64,000 nt of DNA. Origin: Klebsormidium nitens. Its lineage: Eukaryota; Plantae; Klebsormidiophyceae. A program made the translations under genes and the position numbers. The notes under the pieces are model-generated. The model was not told the origin of the DNA. It made no database searches and worked only from the letters and a program-made list of their open reading frames with translations. Numbering within the stretch: the first letter of the stretch is position 1; each line of letters begins with the position of its first letter. Of the stretch, positions 37,044 through 49,187 are shown piece by piece. The stretch spans positions 310,001 through 374,000 of the forward strand of contig DF236956.1 of the NCBI GenBank assembly GCA_000708835.1, written 5' to 3'.

Positions 37044-40000
37044 GAGCCACGGAAGCCGTCCGCACAATGGAGGCGGAACCGATGGAGTTCGGCTTCGTGC
37101 CGAGCCGCATCGTGCGCGAGCTCGGGGAGATCGGCAATTGGAAGGTGCGCGCGGACGCGATCGAGACGCTGCAGCGATTGGTGGGGGCCATCAGGTGAGC
37201 CTCTTCGTTATCATACTGGACTTCTGATCGACCTCTGCTGACCGAAGCAACGGTCAGCAGCGGTCAGCAATGGTCAGCAGCAGCTGTCAGGAACGCTCAG
37301 CAGCGGTCAGCAACGGTCAGCAGCTTCCAATTAGTATCAACACCCGGGAACGGGTGCGGTTGGTTAGGGGGAAGGATGGGTGCAGGCACGGGGCGCGTCA
37401 TTGGGGTGGGTCAGAGTTTCGGGTTAAGGTTTCCAAGCCCTCACTATCTTACTGCAAGTTACTGTCCGTAAAAGCTAGACGGTTGCTAGTATTTTGCAGG
37501 AGCTTCTCGACGGTGGCACTGAAAGATGAGAAGGCTTAGAGCTTCCCACTCTTAGGGCGGCTCGATATGAGCAACGCGTTTCGAATGAGAGGCACCTTTA
37601 CTAGTGTTTGCATGGAGGCACGACTTGAAAACTTCGACGGAAAGTAAGCCATGAGCTACGTGACCTCGTCTCTCGAGGTCCCCGTCTCTCGTCGAGGATC
37701 ATTCTCGTCTCTACTCGAAATTATCAACTTTCACCTTGACGGAGGCGGTACCCTCTCCAGGAGATTCAAGCAACTACAGATTTACAAAGCAACAAGGTTG
37801 GGAGAGGAAGGCTTTGAGCTGGCAACCGTTCCAGTCTGAGCATGTATACGTCCTTCGTGGCTGCAGCGACAAGCAAAGCCTGCTGCCAACGCTCGGCTCC
37901 TTCGTGGCCTTCATGCTCAAGCTTCTGGCGGACCCAAACTTCAAGATCTCGCTCACCGCAATGCAGGTCAGTCGCCCAGCCTCTTCAAAATTTTCACTTG
38001 GATGTTGGATTTCATTGGGCGACGGTCCAAATCTCACCTAATCGCTTGGGATGTGAGAATGAAGGTGGTTTGGCCTATCATTTCGAGCGTTTCCTGCTCC
38101 ACATATGAGCTTTCCGACTTGCCTTTTCCTTCCAGTCCCCTCTCCAGGAAATATGCAAGCACAGCTCTACGGTTACTGACTCCTGTAATCTTTCTTTGAG
38201 CTGCCCAGTGCACCAAACAGATACTTCAAACCACTGTTTATTGCCGGCGAACTGATCTCTTGTACCGGTGGCAGGTTCTCGGCGACCTAGTTCTCAAGAC
38301 CGGCCCCTCTTTACGGCCCTTCCTGGTCGCCCTCCTCCCGGGCTTGGTTGGCAAGCTGGGCGACTCCAAAATCGTGGTCCGGCAAGCAACGGTCAAAGTC
38401 CTGCGACAACTGCACGGGAGTCTGGGTCAAGCGGCGGTCTTAGCGGCTATGGAAGAAGTGTATGACGTCAGCAGCAGTGGGGCGGCTAAGGAGGAGATCG
38501 TGGCTGCGGTTATCACGATGCTGCCGGACGGGGCCGGGAGCGATGCGGACGTTGTCGGAGTTATGCGAATGTTGGGCGGTATTGTGAAGCACAGAGACGG
38601 GTAAGCAGGACTTCTGGTCGATAATTGGATTGTGTGCTCGGAGTTTCCTGCGTAGCAAGTGTCATATGCCAAAAGTGGATGTGGAGACGGTTGGGTTTTC
38701 AGGCTGTTACTGAAATCGTACTTACTGTGTCAGGACAGAGATCACAACTCCCATGCGGGGATCTTTTAATGGTAAGATGAGAATCGGCTATGTGCCCAAA
38801 GGAGAGACCTAAAGTAGCTGGAGTAGTCATGAGGTTGCTCAGTCTTCTTCATCAAATCAGACAAGCAGAAGAAAATCAGGTCCACCCCGTTTGCTTCGCC
38901 GTCGTGCGCCTGTCGGGCAGCCATTATACCGCAATTTTTCAATCCGTTCTTGCCGTTGGAGCTCCTAGAGATTGCAATAAACATTATCAGCTCTCGATCT
39001 CAGTGTTTGAGTTTCTGCGTTTTCTTCTTTGCAGTACCCGGACGGTCGCACTCGACGCCTTCACCGCCCTCCAAGACATGGTCGGGGCGAGCCGCATGCA
39101 GGCGCTTCTCCCGCAGCTCGGTTCCGAGGGATCCCTCTCCGAGATAAACGACCGTTTGCGCAGTCACGCGCTACACTCGGACTCGCCCCCCCGGGCACCT
39201 CTCGTGATCACCGGGGCGGCCGCGCCTCTTCTGGGGGGGTTGGGCGCCGACGTTCGGAACCTCCCCGGACAGAAACCAAGCGACGAGCCTATCTTTGAGA
39301 GGAACCGGGGGATCCCCCCGGCTAAGGGGGGAATGTTCGGAGACGGGGGGGAGGCGAGCACGAGCTCGGTAGGTGGGCGGTCGAGAAAATCGGTCCCGTG
39401 GGAGATCCCGGTTCCTCGTTCCAGGGGGGTAGAAAGCCCGGTACTTTCGCCAACCTCCCCCCTAAGCGTCGGATCGTCTGCGTCTGATACCGCGCCCCCC
39501 CCCCTCGACACGGGCCAAAACCGGCCCCCACTTTTGAAGACGACTGTTTTGGGAGATCTAGACGAGAGCCACGACAATTCAGCCCCCCGCCGGTCGGTGG
39601 GTCACGGCCCCCCGGGGCAGGTGATAAAACGGCGGCCCAGCCGCGGGGGGGTCCAGGAACGGGGCCAGGACCCCCCCGACCCGGCGACGCTGCTCGTCGC
39701 CGGCCGCAGCGCGCACGCGGGGGGGTCGAGCCCCGAGCTTCTGGCACCCCCCGGTAGAAATTCAGAGGTTGTGCGGCCCCTGAGCCTGCTAAAAGTGGAC
39801 TCGGGGAAGGGGTGTGGATTCACGCCTCTGAGCCCGGGGGGTATTTCGGGGGTGGGCTTGCAAGCGCCGGAGGGCGTTTCGGGGGGCTGGGGCCGGGAGA
39901 GCAGCTTCATGGAGCGAATCCAGATGTCGGCGGCGCGGAGCAACAGCGAGCGGGATGCGGGGGCGCCGGCGGGCCGCATCAGCAGTGACGTCAGCAGGAG

Positions 40001-43000
40001 TGGAGACGGTTCGGAAGCAGGTAGGGACCACGAAGCTCTCTAATACTTGGGCTTTGAGAAAAGTGCACTTTTCGCTCCTTATCCATATCTCGAGAAACAG
40101 CGAAGAGATAACATCCATTGAAGAGCAGATGAAGTGCTCTTCTGTCCCATTCAGCGGCCTTTTGTTTCGAAGCAAGAGCTTTGCACGGATCAAGGAGAGA
40201 TGTGCTTTAGCTCGACAAGTCAGTAAGATAAGAACTGTCGTCACGTCTTTCCTGTCCCAACACGAGAAGCGATGAACGAATCGTCAACCTCTGACACAAT
40301 CCCAAAAGTCCAGCGAGAAACTAGCGCGTGTCTTAGGAAAATCCACTTTTCCAGGTCGGCATCGAGGGCGGGTCGACTTCGTCGACTCTTCGTCAGATCG
40401 GCACCTCGAGGGGGGGGCATCTCTTTCCCAGCACGGCATCTTGCTGACCGCAAAGTCCCCCCCAGTAGATCCGCCCATCAAAGCGCGGACCGGAAGCCTC
40501 AAGTCCGCCATGAAAGCCGGAACCTCTCAGGGCGGAGTGACCGGAACGAACGACCAGTTCGCAGCGCATGGCGACGACGGACTGAGACGCAGCGGAAGCA
40601 GCTCGTCGCTTTGGGGGGGGGACAGCTCAGGGGCTACTCAAAGCGCAGCGCTCCCCCCCCTCGCGGCGGAATCAAGCACGGAGTCCATCCTCCGGTCGCC
40701 TTTGGCGTCGCCCTTCTCTCCGACCGCCCCTCAAAATGGTTTGGCGCGCGCGGCAGGGGGGATGAGTCGCGGAATGGCGTCTCCCAAACCCCCCCCAAAG
40801 CGCGCAAGCTCCGAGCTGCGCATGGCACCCGCGAAAGCGGGGGATGACGATTCCAGCAACCCGGATACCCCCTCGGCGCGCTCCGAAGAGGGGGGGCGGG
40901 GGGAAAATAATAGCAGAAACGACGCGTACTCGTTCCGGGGGGGTAGCTCCATGAAGATGGCCCAGACGTGGGGGTCCGAAGAAAAGCGTGGTGCGCCGGA
41001 TCTGCGGGGGGGTGAAGCGGGGGCGCGCTGGGCGAGCCCCGCGGAGGGGGGGGAAATTGGGAGAAATCTGCGCGCGAGCTTGGGAGACGGGAGCGATTCC
41101 GAGAACAAGGCGACGATTCGGGGGAAGCTCTCCATTCTGAAGAAGAAGCAGGGCAGCCGACGCGTGCACAGCGCGAACTCCGCGTTACAGCGCATCCCGA
41201 ACAGCTACAGCGAAGGTGACGTCAGCGTGGCGGACCTGAAATCGTCGCAGGCGCCGTTCGCGCTCGCGCTCGCGCACAAGTTCGCGCCCGGGACCGCGGC
41301 CGCGGGCAGCACCGCGTACCACGACGGGGAGTTCGACGGCGGCGGGATGACGTCGCCCGGCGGGGGCGCGCGCGCGCGGGGCCGCACCGCGGCGTCCCCG
41401 GACCCCAGCGAGGGTTTGAGCGACGACCCGTTTGCGAGCCGGTTCAAGATCGGGTTTGGGTCGCAAAGCGGGCGCGGGGGGGAGAGTCCCGCGTTTCCAG
41501 AGGAGGGGGAAATCGAAAGGGCTCCGGAAGGGGGGGGGACGAAACTAGTGCGGCGGGTTTCGAAGGCGACGCTGCAGCGGCGCGCGACGAAGCAGACGGA
41601 GGCCGCGGCCGCGGCCGCGCTGGGGCTTCCGACTGACGTCAGCGTCGGGGAGGGGTACTCTGAGACCGGGACGTCCGGTCGGGACCGCGAATTTAAGGCG
41701 AATGCTTCGCGGCTTTCCGGGGGGGGTCGGGATGAGATACAGCTGAAAGGCGGTCGGTCGATTAGTCCCAGTCGGCAGAGGGCGACCGCGGAAGCGGACG
41801 CGCTGCGAGGGATGTCGCCCCCGAAGAGCTCCGGGAGAGGGGGGATGACCGGTAGGGATCTGGCGGCGGCGGCGGCGAAGCCAATGGACGAGATCCTGAC
41901 GGAGGATCTTCAGGTAAGAGATGCGAACAGGCCACATTTTGATTGGATAAAAATCTTCTGGTGAAACAAGTCAAGGACGATGGATAGTGCAGATGGGCTT
42001 GGTAAGTAACGAGCCAAGTACAGTAAAGTTTTTTTGGGTAACAGTGAGGATCGACGAGAGCCGTCTTCCTACCTTCTAAAATAGCTTCGCAGCTTCTCAA
42101 CCCTCAAATGTGTTTGCGTGTCGCAAATGAAGCTTGAAGAATCTGAATTTTGATCGGGATGTTTTGGTGACAAAGCTACGTTCTCAGGCGAAGGACATAT
42201 GCACTCTCCGTGTCCAAATGCGTCAATCCAGCTGTGTCCAAATGCGTCAATCCAGCTCGACAATCAAGACGAGACTCCAGCTCACCTTTATTTTTCGGGC
42301 CTAGATCTTTACCTGAACGTGCTTCTTCTCCCTATTCTCAGCCCTGCGCGTACCCGGAGCGCGAGGTGCGCGAGGCCGTGTCGTGCCTCGTGCGCGCGAA
42401 CCTGCAGCGGCCCAACCAGGGCACCATCGACTGGAGCGAGCAGTACGAGGCGATCAACGTCATCCGCCGCGCGGCGGTGCACCATGTCGCGCAGTTGCAG
42501 CCGGAGCTGAAGGCCGCGGTGGTCGCGCTGGTGCCGTCGTGCGATAACCTGCGCTCCTCGCTCGCCAAAGTGAGCGCGCGCACAAGCTGTTTGGCTGCTA
42601 ATAAATCTACTCATGTGGCTGCTCACAATCGCACGATTGCTACTGGCTGCTTCGGGCCCGTGTGAACATTTTAAGAGGACGACATCTCTTAGTGTTTGCA
42701 ATACTTTTGCTTGGCTTCAACCTTCGCTTGCCAGGTACTTTCGAGAAAATTATCATTCAACGACTCGCTGTCTCGCTGGCGGAACTTTTCAGTCAAGGAG
42801 AGCCGTGACTATCCTTAGCCACATTGATTCAAGCCCAGGTCCTTAAATCCTCAAACGGAACCTTCAAACCACTGGCCTTGACACCCTTTCATGCGGACCG
42901 GATAGTGTGCTCCCACCATTTTCCCAACGTCCTAAGCCGCATGTTGGTGCGTGTTCGCCTTGATCCAAAGCTCCCAAACTCTCCAACACTGCCTTTCTAA

Positions 43001-46000
43001 CCCCGCGCGTTTCCCGCGCAGAACGCGCTGGTGTGCTTCCAAGAGCTATTCAGCTTCCTGGGCCGCGCGATGGACGCGCATTTGGACGCGGTCGTGCCGA
43101 CGCTGGCAAAGCGCGCGGCCGAAAACAGCGCGTTTTTGTCCGCGGAGGCAGACATCGCGCTGGGCGCGATGATCGCGAACGTGAGCGACGCGCGCGCGCT
43201 CGCGGCGCTGCTCGCGATCGCGGGGCACAAGACGCCCGGCGTGCGCGCGCGCGTGGCCGCGCACATCGAGGCGTGCGTGCGCAAGATGGGGCCGCGCTGC
43301 AGCCGGGAGCTGCTCGAGAGGTGCGCGCGCGCGCATTTAGTTCCGACTCCTTTGTTTTGAAAAATCGACTTGATGCCAAACTTTTTAGCAAGCAAAGCAG
43401 GGCGATGGAGTGGTCGTTGTAATAATTTCCAGCGTTGCTTGTCGATGCCCAAATGACTTGAGTGACTTGAGTAAATTGGTCAGTCTCGATGATCTCTTGG
43501 CTTCCGACTTCTCGAGAGCAGTGTGGTTCTTGAGGAAGCTTCGCGTTCCGTTAACCGAGTTCGTGAATCCATCTTCGTGTTTTGGATCTGCAGGCTCTTC
43601 TCCCAGTTGCTCATGTTCTTGGACGAGGGCAACATCGAGACGCGGATCTTCGGCAAGCGTTCCCTTTTCGCATTGAGCAGGTGAGCTTTCCTTCATATTG
43701 TCCTTGAAATACCCCATAACAATCAAACGCCTCATCGAACAGCATGTTTCTTCCTTCCGGGGACTTAGTTTGAGCACTCTCCGAAGCATCGGAACCTCCT
43801 ATCAGTTAACAAGTACCTTGGCCACGTGTAGACTCAAGCTCAGTGCATTAAAATCACCCCGTTGGTGTCTTTATCTGTGTGATTGCGGGCACACATGCTC
43901 CAGTGGTATCCGTTGCATCCATGCTCTCTCGCTGGTTCATTCTCACGACTTCTTGACTTTCTTACTTCTGGATCTGATCCACAAACGAGCCCTCGAATCT
44001 CGGCAGATTTTCAAGCAAAGGGCTACGCGGTCCGCAACCGCGTCCTCCCTGAATCCCCTGGTAAACACAGCCATCTTAAAATTGTCTTCTTATTTTCCAC
44101 TCGGCTTCTTGTTCACCACATCGATCCGAAGTTAGTGTTTGGTGTTCCGCAGGCTTCTCGCCTCGAGCGGCGACTTCGAGCCGCTCCTCAAGAAGGTGTC
44201 CAACCCCGCCAAGCTCAAGGCGGTGCGCGAGGTGGTGGCCGCAAATGCGCCACCCCCCCTCCCCCGAGAGCCCGGCAAAGCCTCCCCCCTGCGGCGAATC
44301 AGTCGCGGCAGCACCGGGGAATCGGACGCCGGGCTCTCGCACACTTGGACGTCCGGAACCGAAAGGGGGGGGGTCGGGAAGGAGAAGAAACGGCTGGCGA
44401 GCACGGCCCCCGCGGCGGTGCTGGCGCTCGGGAAGGGATCCCCCTCGGCGGTGTTGGCGAGTTTGGGGGGGGGTGGGATTGGCGTGGCGCGGAGCCCCCC
44501 CGTAGGGGGGAGTAGAGACCAGTGGGGGGAGAGTGACGAACAACCCCCCAAAGCGAAAGCGAAGCGCGGCGCGAGTCCTGGGCGGGCTCGGGGGGGGAGT
44601 TCCGGAGGGGAGTCGGGGGGTGGGGGACGAGGTTTTGGGCCCGGTTATAAACGCGCTGGGGGGGAAGGGAGTTGGCGGGAACGGTGTGGGGGGCTGACGG
44701 ATTTGGGGGCGCTGTTGGACGAGCAGTCCCCGTCCGCGATCGAGGCATCCGTGGTGCAGATTGCGGACGGCCTCGCGCCGCGAATGACCGACGCCAACAG
44801 CAAGGTGAGCCGCTTTCGAAGCGTACGGGAACTATGCCGGGAGATGGAAAGCAACGGTAAAGATGACTGGTGCGATAATCGAAAAACATCAAGGTGCAAA
44901 ATTCCGAAAAGCGAAAAACTACTTCAAGAGAAAGGCCGACAGGAGTCCCATCAACAGTCATTCAGGGGACAGCCGTTGCCCAACGTTCTAAGACAATATG
45001 CACGAGGAAATGCATCCGTGCATGTTCGGTATTGACTCTTGACTGCCAACTTGTTTGGACTAAACCTTCCTCTCTTCGCGAGGAGGGCTCCAATCGTTTG
45101 CGGGTGACTCTTGCGTGCTGCAGGTGTGTTCGCAGCTGTTGGGACTCCTTTTGAGCGGCGTGAGCCCCTTATTCAAAAAGAAGTTATAGTGAGGAATAAG
45201 CCGCTGGCATTGAAGTCACTCAGGGGACGTCCTTTTTTCGTAAGAATGAGAGCTCTACAGTTCAGGGCGTCACTCGAGCGACGTAGCCCCTTACTGGTCG
45301 AAGCTACATCAAGAAGGCAGGTTAAGGAAACAACTGCTGAAACCGACTCATTGAGCGTCTTTGTCTGCGCTATTGCAGGTGACGCTTGCGGCGCTGCAGG
45401 TCTGCTCTCAGCTGTTGGGTGTACTCTCGAGCGGCGTGGGGCCCGCCCTCGGGGTGCTCCTCCCCGCGCTCGCGTCCGCGCTCGGGTCCTCGAACGACAA
45501 GAACGCGGCCGCGGCCGCGGACACGTTGCACCAACTGGTACGTTTTGACCATTTTCCGTTGTGTCCGGATGGGGGATTCTCCAGTGGATTGCCGAAACAA
45601 CTGTATCTTGTTCTCAAATATTGATACTGCCTGCACAGCGTGTTCAGAGCATGCGTGGACTTCTTTCCGGAGCCCAACCGGGGCCAAACAGGCTTGTTTC
45701 CTCCGAGACGAAGACGAAGTGCGAGAAAAAGCGAGGAAGAAAACAAGTTTTCTGAACCGCGAACCACTTCGAAGCGTTGCTTGCTTTGAAACGGATGCTC
45801 CGCTTCGACTTCAATGTGACATAGAAGTCCGTGATATGCGGTCCTCTCCCATCTTCATCCGGCATTAGTCGTGAGCTCGACCTAAACAAAAGCGGTTTGT
45901 GCAGATTTGGAGATTGCTAGTTCACGTTACGTGTGTGCTGCTTCCGGCATCTGACTCTGTCCTCATACTCAACGCAGGCAAGTAGAGTGGACCCGGTAGT

Positions 46001-47811
46001 TCTGGTGCAGCCGTTGACCGCGCGCGTGACCCACGGCGGCGGCCGCGCGCGCTGCCTGCTGCTGGACTGCCTGACCGCGCGCATCCACGAGGTGAGTCAT
46101 TACCTAGTTTTGGTCGAGCATTTTTTCTCCTCCAACAGTCCGGACAGAACCAGCTCAGACTCCGCGGCTTTTCGACCGCAATCCTCATCGTACTTGGGAG
46201 CCATTGGCGACTGCCGCGCACTCGATTGCACTCGCTAATTCCAGTCCATCATAAGGGTCCTCTTTCGCTTCTTCCAAACAATCCTCTTTGCTTCTATTCT
46301 TTCTTTTCCGTTCAATCAACCCGTTGCGTGCTTGTACCTCAGCTGGACATCCAGAAGCGTGTACTCATAAGCAAGGCCGTGCTCTTCGTTCCCTCACATT
46401 CTTCTCTTATGTTCCCTTTTATCTAGCTTGTCCTATTTTGGCGCAAGTGCCCGCCCCAAAGCCGTTATGCCAAACGCATGCCGAACGCGCGTGTCTTTCC
46501 CTACCAAAGGCGTCGTTCCTTCGTCCGTTCCGTAGCCTTGTTCCGTTTCCTTAGGTGCACGCTGGAAAGCCGATCCTCATAAGCAAGCCAAATACTGCTT
46601 TAGAGGCAATAGAGTGCAAGTTTGAAAGCTGCGTTGCCCTTAACCTCTTGACCTCTTCAAAACGTGGTCTCGTCCTTTCATTCCGCTCCGTTACCTTGTT
46701 CCGTTTCGGGCCGCAGGTGCACGCCCTGAAGCCGGTGCTGATCAGCAAGGCCGTGCTGCCCATCGTTTCGATTTCTATATACATGGCGTCGTCCGTTCAT
46801 TCCGTTCCGTGATCTTGTTCCGTTGTCCGCCGCAGGTGCACTCCCGGAAGCCGGTGATGATCAGCAAGGCCGTACTACCCTCCCCTTTTATATAAGACCG
46901 TCGTCCTTCTTTCCGTTCCGTAACCTTGTTCCGTTTCCGGCGCAGGTGCACGTCCGCAAGCCGGTCTTTGTCAGCAAGGCCGTGCTGCCCCGATGGCCCT
47001 TGCCTTCTTCCAAACGATCATTCCGTCCTCTCATTCCTTTCCGTAACCCTGTTCGCTTCCGTCCGCAGGTGCACGCGCGGAAGCCGGTACTGATCAGCAA
47101 AGCCGTGCTGCCCATGGCCCTGCCGTTGGTGGGCGAGCCGAAAGGCGACACGCGCACCGCGGCCGCGCGGCTGCTGCGGCGGCTGCACCAGCTGATGGGC
47201 GACGGCCTGCTCAGCCAGTGCGACGCCATCTCCAAGGTGAGCGCGCGCGCGCGGACACCAAACTCAGATTTGACGAATACCATCACCAAAGGTCTCGAGT
47301 GTTGACTCGAGTGCTGATCGCCTAAGTATGGTTGCTATGATGCTGAATGCAAAAATGCTGGTTGCCTAAGTGCGAACTGCCCGAGTGCTGGTTTCCTTAC
47401 GCGCCAAGCACTTACTCCCAAAGCGCTGATTGCTCAAGTGCCTGTCGCCTTCCGTATTGCCGATTGTTTTGACGCTGATTGACTAAGCGGTTGCTAAGCT
47501 CTGATTGCCGCATTTCTGTTTGCCTAGGGGCTTTCTCTCTCATTTGCTGGATATGTAAGAAGGTGATTACTCGAGCGTTGAATCAGTTGACAGGTGAAAC
47601 CAACGAATTGAGGGTTTGAGTACGTCCGGGTCAAGTTTCTGGAAATCATATCGTGACAAGACCGCGGTGGAGCTTCGTGAAATCTTTGAGACCTTAACCA
47701 GGTCCAAGCAAAGACGCAGGCTTGACCAATCAAATGGAGTTCCGCCGTCTCTTTCCGCAGGCGAGTTCCGAACGCGTTGCCGACCTCCTCTTCCGAGAAA
47801 GCGACCGGTGA
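37044..47811 (+). CDS. TOG-array microtubule regulator, TOGARAM/crescerin/CHE-12-like; exons 37044-37194, 37867-37966, 38275-38600, 39035-40020, 40469-41913, 42342-42569, 43022-43320, 43594-43680, 44153-44804, 45379-45537, 45978-46091, 47069-47236, 47761-47811; true 5' end uncertain
   Basis: Three HEAT-repeat TOG domains: NWKVRADAIETL..LLADPNFKISL..LGDSKIVVRQ; DWSEQYEAINVIRR..NLRSSLAKNALVCF; SWRERCGGL..RMTDANSKV. They are separated by long Ser/Gly/Pro-rich linkers. Phases are consistent across junctions. Confidence 0.78.
37250..37325. repeat. Intronic 10-bp tandem repeat CGGTCAGCA(A/G), about 6 copies
   Basis: Seen directly in intron 1 of the TOG gene. Confidence 0.75.
42210..42257. repeat. 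Perfect 24-bp tandem duplication GTGTCCAAATGCGTCAATCCAGCT x2 (intronic)
   Basis: Exact copies at 42210-42233 and 42234-42257. Confidence 0.9.
46340..47115 (+). repeat. Tandem array of acceptor plus exon-start copies (VHxxKPVLISKAVLP) upstream of TOG exon 47069
   Basis: AG|GTGCAC starts at 46555, 46717, 46836, 46946 and 47069 (real), with more degenerate copies near 46345 and 46445. Spacing is 110-162 bp. Confidence 0.88.
47290..47520. repeat. Degenerate short tandem repeat (GTGCTGATTGCCTAAGT-like) in last TOG intron
   Basis: Recurrent GCTGATTG / TTGCCTAAG words. Confidence 0.45.
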
Positions 47812-49187
47812 CGAAAGGTCACCGTCTGCAAGCTGACGCGGCAAAGTCATGAGAAGAAGGTGCGAAGGTCGTGAAGCGGCTGACTGAGCGCATTCAGCCG
47901 CTACCAAAAAGGCTTCGCCTTTAGAAAGAGCTCTCCAGAACGTAAATTCATCCCGGCAACTCGGACAGCAGGAGAACTAGAGGCGGCCGGGAGTAGAGCT
48001 CGTACGTGTTGCAAAGAGAGAGAAGGGAGGATTTTGATTCGATTCTTTCGAACTTTTTCGTCGAGATCGCGAGCAGAACTTGCCATTGGGCGAGTTAAAC
48101 GCGCTTAGAGCACGCAAAAGACATGCTGAAGCACCAAGTATACAATGCTTCAACTGGATAATTATGAAACCCGGGCCCAGCGAAGCTATTAATCTCAACA
48201 CGATAAAGACGTTTAGCTGAATGTTGCGCTGGACGGTCCCGTCCTTTACTACTATTTGTGCATAGCTAGAAGTAGGTAGGAGGCCCTTTATGAAACCCAT
48301 AAAAAACTCACATCAGTGAGCCGAGAGAGCCAAGCCCGACAATTGTGTTTCCTTAGTTTAGCGTGCAAGACGGGCTTTTACACAGCCAATCATCCGGACC
48401 TGGCGCGCACCGTCATGCGGCCGCCAAGTTTGCGCACACTGCGGCGCGCGTGATCGAAAGCTCGAGATGAACCCTCAACCATCACTGGACGTGATCATCA
48501 TGGCATGTGTTAGGCGGGCGTCAGAAACGCTGAAATGCAGAGCTTCATGCAGCTCTGCATGTGGGGCACACAAATGCAGTGAAGCTGCGCGTACATACGT
48601 GAAGCATTAAGAAAGTCAGCTTCAATGACTTATCGGTGTACCTATATGTGGGCATGGCGGCCTTTTCCGATGAGTCACTGACCAAGCAAAGCATGGGTAC
48701 GTCATGTGTGCTACGTATAAGGTCGAGCATATACTTAGGTAAGAAGCATCGCGATCGTGCCGCTTGGATTCATTCAACATGTGCAAGAATGACTGTTGCC
48801 AATACGCCTACATCCAAGACCCGTGTCATGTACGTGCCGCTGGCCGCGGCTGGCGGAATCACTTAACATACAAAAATTGGCGCGACCCGGCACACTATAA
48901 GTCTCATACAGCTATGTCCAATCATTTATTGAAAACTTGTTTAAAAAACAACGATTGAAGTTTGCGAACGGGTTTGCACATGGAGCTGAAATTCAAGGCA
49001 CGTCTTTCCAGATCAATTATCCACGGCCAGACGGTAGACACTGGCGTTGAATCTCCTTCTCCTTAACCAGACCAAGGAGATCCTGTACGTAATTTCAAAA
49101 CGTTAGACCCCGATTTCAACATATACTGTAACCCGTGGACTGAACTGTGTTTGTGATGGGAGCGCTTGCAATAAAGTACACTTTAGT

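Noticed and set aside
38950-44961. Many 100-220-aa alternative-frame and antisense ORFs in the GC-rich TOG exons
   Set aside because: A by-product of high GC content (few stop codons); explained by the main gene.
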